Shown here: in pieces, positions 9,239 through 17,464 of the stretch
How positions within the stretch are numbered: the first letter of the stretch is position 1
Layout: every line of letters starts with the position of its first letter
Assembly: GCA_965120375.1 (NCBI GenBank)
Contig: CBCPMW010000008.1
Location: 6,091 to 70,090 of the forward strand
DNA length: 64,000 nucleotides
Direction: 5' to 3'
From: an uncultured Eubacteriales bacterium
GTDB lineage: Bacteria > Bacillota > Clostridia > Oscillospirales > Acutalibacteraceae
Made by a program: the position numbers and the translations under genes
Notes under the pieces: generated by a model
Told to the model about the DNA's origin: nothing
Databases searched by the model: none
Seen by the model: only the letters and a program-made list of their open reading frames with translations

Positions 9239-10180
9239 ATGGGAAAAATTCCAGTTGTAGCTATTCTGGGTCCCACTGCTTGTGGAAAAACAGATCTTTC
9301 TATAAAAATAGCTAAAAAGTTTTTTGGGGAAATTATTTCAGCAGATTCTATGCAGATATATAGGGAGTTTAAAATTTGTACAGCTAAGCCGGATGAAAAT
9401 CAAATGAATCAGGTAAAACATTATATGATAGATGAAATTTCTGTTGAAGAAGATTTTAGTGTTGCGGATTATATAAGAAAAGCACATTTTTTTGCTGAAA
9501 GGATAATAGAAAAAGGAAAAATTCCAATTGTTGTTGGAGGAACAGGCCTATACTTAGATTCCTTTTTAGGAAATTTATCACTGGAAGAAAAAAAATTTGA
9601 TACTTGCATAAGGGAAAAATTAAATGATAGGGCAAAATCTGATAAAGAAGGACTTTTTAAAGATTTGATGGATGTAGACAAAGAAAGTGCAGAGAAAATA
9701 CATCCCAACGATATAAAAAGGGTTGTCAGGGCCCTAGAATTTTATTATTCTTTTGGATATCCTATTTCGCTTCAAGTTAAAAGATCTAAAGAAAACGAGT
9801 CGCCTTATAATGCTACGTTTATAGGGATAAATTTTTTAGATAGAAATCTTTTACATAAGGCAATTGAAGATCGGGTAGATAACATGGTAGAAAAAGGTCT
9901 CATTGATGAAGTTTCCTATGTTTCTCATTTGAATGTTAGTAAAACAGCAAGTGCTTGCATAGGTTATAAAGAAATATTGCCGTATTTAGAGCAAAAATGT
10001 AGTCTCGATGAAGCGGTTTTGGATCTAAAAAAAGAAACAAAAGCTTATGCAAAGCGTCAAATTACTTGGTTTAAAAGAAACAAAAATGTAAACTGGATCT
10101 ATAAAGATGAAGTTGGTTCGGATATAGTACGGGAAGCATTTAAAATATTAAAGGAGAACGGTTTTGATGAAGCTATTTAG
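9239..10180 (+). CDS. miaA: tRNA dimethylallyltransferase MiaA
   Basis: P-loop GPTACGKT, then SADSMQIYREF...TAKP and GGTGLY. The ORF opens at TTG 9218; ATG 9239 follows RBS GGGAGGAG and the mutL stop. Confidence 0.93.
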   Translation: MGKIPVVAILGPTACGKTDLSIKIAKKFFGEIISADSMQIYREFKICTAKPDENQMNQVKHYMIDEISVEEDFSVADYIRKAHFFAERIIEKGKIPIVVGGTGLYLDSFLGNLSLEEKKFDTCIREKLNDRAKSDKEGLFKDLMDVDKESAEKIHPNDIKRVVRALEFYYSFGYPISLQVKRSKENESPYNATFIGINFLDRNLLHKAIEDRVDNMVEKGLIDEVSYVSHLNVSKTASACIGYKEILPYLEQKCSLDEAVLDLKKETKAYAKRQITWFKRNKNVNWIYKDEVGSDIVREAFKILKENGFDEAI

Positions 10181-11420
10181 AAAAAAATTTGCGTTATTTT
10201 TCCTGGTTTTTTTGGGAGTTTCGTATGCTTTATGTAAATCTTTTTTAAAAAATATTAATGCCATTAAGACTGAAACTGCGTGTTATTCAGTTGTAGAAGA
10301 CGTTATAAAGGCGGAAGGGTTTGTAGTTAGAGACGAGATTTTAATTGAATCAGAAGGCCAAGAACAGATTATTTATAGAGTAGATGACGGAGAAAGGGTT
10401 TCAAAGGGAGGAATTATAGCGGATGTATATAACAGCGAAGCCGATGCCAAAACTTTTAGCTTACTTAAATCCATAGATGATGAAATAAAATATTTAACTG
10501 AGCTAAAGCGTACTGAAGTTTCGGAGATGAGAGAGCCAGAGACTTTAGATACTGAAATAAATAGTATTATAGCCCGTATTCAAAAATATGTTCAAAAAAA
10601 AGATTTTAGCCAGATTTTAAAAAAAAGAAAAAAGTTAGCGTCTTCTATGATAGAAAAAAGAATATCTATGGGTAAATGGGAAAATTTGGATGGAAGAATA
10701 GAAACGTTGAATGAAAATAAAAAGAAAATCGAAAGTTCAGTTTTAGGGAATAGTAGACCGATTAAATCAAAAGATGCGGGTTACTTTGTAAAATATGTAG
10801 ACGGATATGAAAATGCATTTTCATATAAAGATGTAAAAAATTTAAATTTTAGCAACTTGGATTTTAACAAAATTCAGCATGAAGTCAAGAAAAACTATTT
10901 AGGAAAACTTATAAATTCTGTAGATTGGTACATAATTTGTAATATTTCAGAAGAAAATAAAGAAAGAATAGAAAAAAATGTACAATATCAATTAAAAATT
11001 CCATCTATAAGCGAAGAAAGTGTACCCTGTAGCGTGCATGAAATAAAAAGTAATGGCGATGGAACAGCTTTACTTGTTATTTGTTGTAGATCAATGGGAG
11101 GTGAGATTGTAAACTTTAGGAAAGGTGAAATCAATCTCAAATTAAATGAGTATTACGGGTTCAAAATTAGAAAAAAAGCCGTTTCTTATAAACAAGTTCA
11201 GAGTAAATCGGAAAAACAGGGGAATATTCCGGGAGTTAATGTAAAATGTGGCAACTTGATTTCCTTTAGAAGAATAAATATTGTCTACTCTGACAATGAA
11301 TACGTAGTAGTTTCAGATAATTTTTCAGATGATTCACCAGAAATTCCGTATCTAAAAAATGGAGATATGATAGTGGTAGAAGGTACTAATTTGTATGACG
11401 GAAAACTTATAAAATGTTAA
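10167..11420 (+). CDS. membrane-anchored HlyD-like (membrane-fusion fold) protein, function unknown
   Basis: N-terminal TM segment (FALFFLVFLGVSYAL). A lipoyl-like hairpin wording follows (AEGFVVRDEILIESEGQEQIIYRVDDGERVSKGGIIADVY), then a coiled-coil middle and a beta-rich C-terminus. The call rests only on this resemblance. Confidence 0.4.
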   Translation: MKLFRKKFALFFLVFLGVSYALCKSFLKNINAIKTETACYSVVEDVIKAEGFVVRDEILIESEGQEQIIYRVDDGERVSKGGIIADVYNSEADAKTFSLLKSIDDEIKYLTELKRTEVSEMREPETLDTEINSIIARIQKYVQKKDFSQILKKRKKLASSMIEKRISMGKWENLDGRIETLNENKKKIESSVLGNSRPIKSKDAGYFVKYVDGYENAFSYKDVKNLNFSNLDFNKIQHEVKKNYLGKLINSVDWYIICNISEENKERIEKNVQYQLKIPSISEESVPCSVHEIKSNGDGTALLVICCRSMGGEIVNFRKGEINLKLNEYYGFKIRKKAVSYKQVQSKSEKQGNIPGVNVKCGNLISFRRINIVYSDNEYVVVSDNFSDDSPEIPYLKNGDMIVVEGTNLYDGKLIKC

Positions 11421-11499
11421 AGAAGTCGAAAAAAGCACATTTTTGTAGAAATATTCAAAAAAACTGTCAAATTTTTTACATATAACATTAAAAAAATTA

Positions 11500-11528
11500 T
11501 TGACAATTCAAAATTGAGAAACCATAAT
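11500..11528 (+). promoter_or_regulatory. candidate SigA-type promoter upstream of sepF
   Basis: TTGACA (11500-11505), 17-nt spacer, CATAAT (11523-11528), about 95 nt upstream of the sepF ATG. Confidence 0.5.
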
Positions 11529-11623
11529 GTTATTATGAATGTCAGTTTTGGTGCATTCTTAGACTTGGATGTTAAAACAGGTTTATTTTTAGCAAAAGTT
11601 ATTATGTAAGAGGAGATGGGGAT

Positions 11624-12058
11624 ATGGCTGGATTAGTTCAAAAGTTTAAGGAAATGTGGTCGGTTGCAGATGAAGAGTATGAGGAAGAGCTAGAACAAGA
11701 AGAAATTTCAAACGAAGCTAGAAATCTAAAAAGTTCTAGAAAAGCTCAGGATAGTAGAGTCGTAAATATTCATGAAAATAAGTTGCAGGTTGTTTTATTT
11801 AAACCGGAAAGATTTGGTGAAGATACAAGAAATATAGCTGATGAACTTTTAAAAATGCACACAATTGTTTTAAATTTAGAGGAAACTAATAAAGATTCTT
11901 CTAGGCGTATAGTTGACTTCTTAAGTGGGGTTGCTTATGCAAACGGTGGAAAGATTAAGAAAGTTGCAACAGACACTTTTGTTATTACCCCGTACAATGT
12001 AAATATTACAGGAGACGATGTTTTGGACGAACTTGAAAGTAGCGGAGTTTATTTTTAG
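11624..12058 (+). CDS. sepF: cell division protein SepF
   Basis: 144 aa. After an acidic linker comes the conserved C-terminal domain (VVLFKPERFGEDTRNIADELLKMHTIVLNLEE...SRRIVDFLSGVAYANGGKIKKVATDTFVITP). Confidence 0.9.
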   Translation: MAGLVQKFKEMWSVADEEYEEELEQEEISNEARNLKSSRKAQDSRVVNIHENKLQVVLFKPERFGEDTRNIADELLKMHTIVLNLEETNKDSSRRIVDFLSGVAYANGGKIKKVATDTFVITPYNVNITGDDVLDELESSGVYF

Positions 12059-12120
12059 TTGCTTACGACTTCCAATTTAACTAATTTTAAGAGTTAATTT
12101 TGAGGGGAAGTGCTACGGTC

Positions 12121-12912
12121 ATGGTTAGTTTGGATGATATTAAAAATGTGACATTTAAAAAGGCGAATTTCGGAGGATACAAGCCGTTTGAAGTTGATAC
12201 ATTTATAGATAGCGTACACTCTTCTTATAAAATGCTAGAAGATGAAAATAAAAGTTTAAGGCTTAAAGTTGAAGAGTTGAATAGGAAACTTGAAAAATAT
12301 CAAATGGAAGAAGGGAGTATAAGAAAAGCAATTTTAAGTGCTCAGAAGCTTGCTGATTCTTCTATCAATAGTGCTGATAACAAGTCCAAGAGTATTATAC
12401 TCGATGCATCTAAAAGAGCAGATGACATGATAAGTCAAGCTAAAGATGAGGTTGAAAGGCAGAAAGAAATAGCTTGGAATCTTCGCGTTGAGTCAGAGAA
12501 TTTTAGAAGATTACTTGTTGAAAAATACGAAAATCAGCTTAAAATGCTCAGGCAAAGTGTTGAAAGTGAAAAGTATTTTAGTAAAATCGAATCAGATTTA
12601 AATGAAAAAATAAAATTTAACACACAACAAGCTGAAAAGTCGGATCCGGGTTCTGACGAGCTTGACAAATCTAATATTTTTGAGGTAGAATTTAACAAGG
12701 GTGAAGCTTCGAGCCAGGAAAATTTACAAAGTCAGGGTGGAGAAGTGCTTCTTGATTCTGGTGCCTTTAAAGAGACTGATGAAGATTGCAGCTCGAGTTC
12801 AGGAATTTTTAAGGAAAGAAACACTGATTTGAGATTTGGTGAAAGATACCGTTCGACGGACAATGATTCTGAGAGGGGCATGTATTCCGGGCTTTTTAGG
12901 CGAAAAAAATAG
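12121..12912 (+). CDS. divIVA: DivIVA-domain cell division protein
   Basis: N-terminus is MVSLDDIKNVTFKKANFGGYKPFEVDTFID (DivIVA lipid-binding domain), followed by coiled coil. It sits in the conserved position between sepF and ileS. The ORF opens at TTG 12100. Confidence 0.88.
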   Translation: MVSLDDIKNVTFKKANFGGYKPFEVDTFIDSVHSSYKMLEDENKSLRLKVEELNRKLEKYQMEEGSIRKAILSAQKLADSSINSADNKSKSIILDASKRADDMISQAKDEVERQKEIAWNLRVESENFRRLLVEKYENQLKMLRQSVESEKYFSKIESDLNEKIKFNTQQAEKSDPGSDELDKSNIFEVEFNKGEASSQENLQSQGGEVLLDSGAFKETDEDCSSSSGIFKERNTDLRFGERYRSTDNDSERGMYSGLFRRKK

Positions 12913-12933
12913 CAGTAAAAGGGGACCAATTTG

Positions 12934-15723
12934 ATGCCGGATTACAGTAAAACTTTGAATCTGCCTCGTACAGATTTTCCTATGAGAGCGGGCCTTTCAC
13001 AGAAGGAACCGGAGACTCTAGAAGAGTGGGAGAAGGCGAGACTCTACGAGAAAGTTATGGAGAAGAATGCGGGAAAGCGGACTTATTGTCTGTTGGATGG
13101 TCCCCCGTACGCGAATGGTGACATACATCTGGGGCATGCTCTTAATAAGATTTTGAAGGATATTGTGGTCAGGTATAAGAATATGACTGGATTTCGTGCT
13201 CCATTTGTTCCAGGGTGGGACACTCATGGGTTGCCTACTGAGCTTAAGGCTAGGGCAAAAGCTGGAATCCAGAAAGCGAAGAATTTGACGGATATAGAAA
13301 TTAGAAGAATGTGCAAAGAGTTTGCTTTGATGTATATAGATAACCAAAGAAATCAGTTTAAGCGATTGGGGGTTATTGGGGACTGGGAGAACCCTTACAT
13401 AACTCTTCTGCCTGGGTATGAGAAAAGGCAAATTGAGATTTTTGCTAGAATGGTAAGCCAAGGTTCGATTTATCGAGGATTGAAGCCGGTTTATTGGTGT
13501 CCTAGCTGTGAGACTGCGCTTGCAGAAGCTGAAATAGAATACCAAAATGACGAGTGTAGATCGATATATGTAAAATTTAAAGTTTCAAATGATAATGGAA
13601 AATTTTTGGATTTTGGTATTGATTGCAAGAAACTTTATTTTGTTATTTGGACGACTACAGCGTGGACTTTACCGGGGAATGTTGCCATTTGTCTCGGGAA
13701 GGATTATGACTATGCGATTGTGAAATCGGGCTCTGAGTTTTATATTATAGCAGACGATTTGGTCAAAAGTGCGATGGAGGCTGCGTCGATTAAATATTAT
13801 GAGATTTGTGGGAAGATAAAGGGAAGCAGTCTTGAAAATATAGAAGTCTATCATCCGTTTTTGCCTAGAAAATCTCTAGTAATTTTAGGTGATCATGTTA
13901 CTCTAGATAGTGGAACAGGGTGTGTACACACAGCTCCTGGACACGGTGTAGAAGATTTTGAAGTTTGTAAGAGTTATAAAGATCTTGAAGTTATTGTGCC
14001 GGTAGATTCAAAGGGGACTTTAACTGACGAAGCTGGGGAGTTTAAAGGTTTAAACACTAGAGATGCGAGTAAGGAAATTATAAAATACCTGAAAGAAAGT
14101 GGGTACCTTTTTGCGCAAAAAGATATAAACCATCAGTATCCACATTGTTGGAGATGTAAAAATCCGATTTTGTTTAGAGCGACTGAGCAGTGGTTTTGCT
14201 CAATAGATAAATTTAAAGAAAAAGCGATTTCTGAAATAAATAAAGTAAACTGGGTTCCTAAATGGGGTGGAGAGAGGATTTTTTCCATGGTAAACGATAG
14301 GAAAGATTGGTGTATTTCAAGGCAAAGAACCTGGGGTGTGCCCATACCTGTTTTTTTCTGTAAAAATTGCAATGAACCTTTGATGGAAGAAGAAGTTATA
14401 AATTACATAGCTGAAGTTTTTGGACTTAAAGGGTCTGATTCATGGTACACTGAAAGTGAGTCTAGTCTTTTACCAGAGGGGACCAGCTGTCTTAGGTGTG
14501 GCTCGGATAACTTTTATAGAGAAAAAGGGACTATGGATGTTTGGTTCGATTCAGGGGTAGCTCACGTGTCAGCTGGAAATATAAATAAAGATGTTAAATG
14601 GCCAGCGGACTTATATATCGAAGGGTCAGATCAATATAGAGGATGGTTTCAGTCATCGCTTTTGACTGCTGTAGCTGCTTTTGGAGAAGCTCCGTACAAA
14701 GCAGTTGCAACACATGGATGGGTTGTCGATGAAGAAGGGAAAAAACAGTCGAAATCTCAGGGGAATGGAGTTTCTCCTGCTAGTGTAGTTGAAGAGTACG
14801 GTGCTGATATTTTACGTTTATGGGTTGCTTCTTCTGACTACCATTCGGATGTTAGAATTTCTCATGATATACTAAAACAGCTTAGTGAGTCTTACAGAAA
14901 AATTAGAAATACGGCAAGGTATATTGTTGGAAATTTATACGATTTTGACCCAGATAAAGATATGGTTGCTTTATCGGAGCTTTGTGGTATAGACAAATGG
15001 GCCATTTTTAAGTTAAATGAGTTGATAACAAAAGTAAAAGATTCTTACGAAAAGCTTGAATTCCATAGTGTCTACCATATGATACATAAGTTTTGTATAG
15101 TAGATATGTCTAATTTTTATTTAGATATATTAAAGGATCGCTTGTATGTTTGCAAAGCTCAAGGGAAAGAGAGAAGGTCTGCTCAGACATGTATTTATTT
15201 GATAGTTGATGCTTTGGCTAGATTGTTATCTCCGATTTTACCATTTACAGCGGATGAAATATGGAAATACATGGTCCACAAAAAGTCTGAAAATTCAGAT
15301 TATGTCTTGCTGAACGAGATGCCTTTTGAGATATCTGTTTCTTTAGAAGAAGATTTTGCTAAAAATTGGGATTATATTTACAGGTTGCAAAGTGAAGTTA
15401 AAAAGATACTAGAAAACGCTAGAAAAGGAAAAGTTATAGGTTCTTCTCTTGAAGCAAGAGTGGATATTTTTTGTAATGAAAAGGATTTTAGCTTCCTAGA
15501 AAGTATAAAAGACACATTAAAAACTGTTTTGATTGTATCTGAAGTTGAGATTTTTGAAAGTGGAGAAGGCGAAGTTGAGGTAGAAGGGTTTTCCGGGGTT
15601 ACTGCTAAAGTAAGTCGTGCTAATGGATCTAAGTGTGAAAGGTGCTGGAGTTATAGCAAGACTGTGGGTTTAGACTCAGGGAAATCTGGGTTATGTGAGA
15701 GATGCCGGGAGATTTTAAAATAA
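12934..15723 (+). CDS. ileS: isoleucine--tRNA ligase
   Basis: Class I signatures: PYANGDIHLGHALNK (HIGH) and KQSKSQG (KMSKS). An editing-domain insertion is present. C-terminal zinc finger is CERCW...CERC. About 930 aa. Confidence 0.97.
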   Translation: MPDYSKTLNLPRTDFPMRAGLSQKEPETLEEWEKARLYEKVMEKNAGKRTYCLLDGPPYANGDIHLGHALNKILKDIVVRYKNMTGFRAPFVPGWDTHGLPTELKARAKAGIQKAKNLTDIEIRRMCKEFALMYIDNQRNQFKRLGVIGDWENPYITLLPGYEKRQIEIFARMVSQGSIYRGLKPVYWCPSCETALAEAEIEYQNDECRSIYVKFKVSNDNGKFLDFGIDCKKLYFVIWTTTAWTLPGNVAICLGKDYDYAIVKSGSEFYIIADDLVKSAMEAASIKYYEICGKIKGSSLENIEVYHPFLPRKSLVILGDHVTLDSGTGCVHTAPGHGVEDFEVCKSYKDLEVIVPVDSKGTLTDEAGEFKGLNTRDASKEIIKYLKESGYLFAQKDINHQYPHCWRCKNPILFRATEQWFCSIDKFKEKAISEINKVNWVPKWGGERIFSMVNDRKDWCISRQRTWGVPIPVFFCKNCNEPLMEEEVINYIAEVFGLKGSDSWYTESESSLLPEGTSCLRCGSDNFYREKGTMDVWFDSGVAHVSAGNINKDVKWPADLYIEGSDQYRGWFQSSLLTAVAAFGEAPYKAVATHGWVVDEEGKKQSKSQGNGVSPASVVEEYGADILRLWVASSDYHSDVRISHDILKQLSESYRKIRNTARYIVGNLYDFDPDKDMVALSELCGIDKWAIFKLNELITKVKDSYEKLEFHSVYHMIHKFCIVDMSNFYLDILKDRLYVCKAQGKERRSAQTCIYLIVDALARLLSPILPFTADEIWKYMVHKKSENSDYVLLNEMPFEISVSLEEDFAKNWDYIYRLQSEVKKILENARKGKVIGSSLEARVDIFCNEKDFSFLESIKDTLKTVLIVSEVEIFESGEGEVEVEGFSGVTAKVSRANGSKCERCWSYSKTVGLDSGKSGLCERCREILK

Positions 15724-15772
15724 AGCTTGGAATATATCCAGTGGCGTGTCAGTGCGATGCGCCACTGGAAGC

Positions 15773-16285
15773 ATGTTTGGAGATGATTTTATAAAAAAGA
15801 GACTTTCCTGTTTTTTTTATCCGCTGCTAGTAGCCCTAGTAGATTTAAGCATTAAATTTTTAGTTCTGACTAAGCTGAAATATGAGGACAGAATCAGAAT
15901 TTTTGGAAATTTGATAGAAATATCTTACGTAGAAAATGAAGGAGCAGCTTTCGGGATTTTTAACCAAAATAAATACTTTTTGATTTTAACTACAATAGTT
16001 TTCATTATTATTTACTTTTGTATAATTCTAAAAAAACGAGATTATAATCGGACTTTCCTGTTTTCATCATATTTTATAATCGGGGGAGGAATTGGGAATT
16101 TAATAAATAGATTAATTACAGGATGTGTTATTGACTACATAAAGATCTTTCCTATAACTTATTTTTGTAATTTTGCTGACTATTGCATAACTTTGGGGAC
16201 TATAGGTTTGATTATCTATACATTTTTTATAAGAAGTGATCACAAATCCAATTCAAGGGGAGAAAAATGCAACTTTTTGATATAG
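15773..16285 (+). CDS. lspA: lipoprotein signal peptidase (signal peptidase II)
   Basis: Motifs NEGAAFG and GGGIGNLINRL...VIDYI...FNFADYCITLG, with four TM segments. The ORF opens at GTG 15746 inside a hairpin; ATG 15773 was preferred. Confidence 0.88.
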   Translation: MFGDDFIKKRLSCFFYPLLVALVDLSIKFLVLTKLKYEDRIRIFGNLIEISYVENEGAAFGIFNQNKYFLILTTIVFIIIYFCIILKKRDYNRTFLFSSYFIIGGGIGNLINRLITGCVIDYIKIFPITYFCNFADYCITLGTIGLIIYTFFIRSDHKSNSRGEKCNFLI

Positions 16286-17184
16286 TGGTTAAAGATTTAG
16301 AATCGGGAGAAAGAATTGATAAAGTGATATGTCTCTATTTACCTGAATATACACGTTCATCTGTCCAAAAGTTGATTGAAGGTGGTTTTATCAAGGTAGA
16401 TAAAGAGATAAAAGATAAAAATTATAAAGTTAAAGAAGGTCAGGTTATCTCTGTATATATACCTGATTTAGAGGGACTGAACTTGAAACCAGAAAATATT
16501 CCCCTTGATATAAGATATGAAGATCAAGATCTTTTAGTTGTGAACAAAAAAAAAGGAATGGTAGTACATCCTGCTCCTGGGCATAACAGTGGAACACTTG
16601 TAAATGCTTTGCTTTATCACTGTAAAGATTCGTTATCTGGTATAAATGGCGTTGCAAGACCGGGAATAGTACATAGAATAGACAAAGATACAAGTGGACT
16701 TTTGATAGTAGCAAAAAATGATTTTTCTCATAAAATAATATCTAAGCAGATAAAACAACACAGCTTTAAAAGGGAATATAGGGCAATTGTACATGGAAAT
16801 TTAAAACATAATGAAGGTATAATTGAATTAAATATTGGAAGACACCCCAAAAATAGAAAAAAAATGGCGGTAACAGAAAAAAATTCAAAAATTGCAATAA
16901 CTCATTTTAAAGTTGAAGAAATGTACAAAGATTTTACGGATTTAAAACTTAGTCTAAAAACAGGAAGAACACATCAAATAAGAGTTCATATGGCGCACAT
17001 TGGGCATCCAGTAGTAGGAGATAAAGTTTACGGTCGTAAGAGTGAATTTAAATTTTTTTCTGGGCAGTGTTTGCATGCTAAGACTATAGGATTTTTACAT
17101 CCAAGAAGTGGAAAGTATATAGAAATAATCAGCGAATTACCTAAATATTTTTCAGATTTAATTTATATATTGAAATTAAGATAA
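16267..17184 (+). CDS. rluD: RluA-family 23S rRNA pseudouridine synthase (RluD-like)
   Basis: S4-like N-terminus and catalytic motif HRIDKDTSGLLIVAKN, plus GRTHQIRVHMAHIGHPVVGD. Confidence 0.9.
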   Translation: MQLFDIVVKDLESGERIDKVICLYLPEYTRSSVQKLIEGGFIKVDKEIKDKNYKVKEGQVISVYIPDLEGLNLKPENIPLDIRYEDQDLLVVNKKKGMVVHPAPGHNSGTLVNALLYHCKDSLSGINGVARPGIVHRIDKDTSGLLIVAKNDFSHKIISKQIKQHSFKREYRAIVHGNLKHNEGIIELNIGRHPKNRKKMAVTEKNSKIAITHFKVEEMYKDFTDLKLSLKTGRTHQIRVHMAHIGHPVVGDKVYGRKSEFKFFSGQCLHAKTIGFLHPRSGKYIEIISELPKYFSDLIYILKLR

Positions 17185-17464
17185 AAATATAGTATAATAT
17201 GATATGTTTAGTATTTCTATTTCATATTTTTATATGAAAATTATCTAAAAATAGCAACTTCGGGTCTTTGATAAGTTTTTTGATAGATGTCTGTATGCTT
17301 TTTATACTTGATTTATAAATAAGATTTATAAAATCATTTAGAATTCAGAGTAAGTTTTGCTAATTTGCAGGGAATATATTTTTATTTATTAGAAATATTA
17401 AATTGTATAGAAAAAAGAAAGAGGATTTTAGTCGAAGTTTTATACAGAAAGGGAGGAAATTGTT

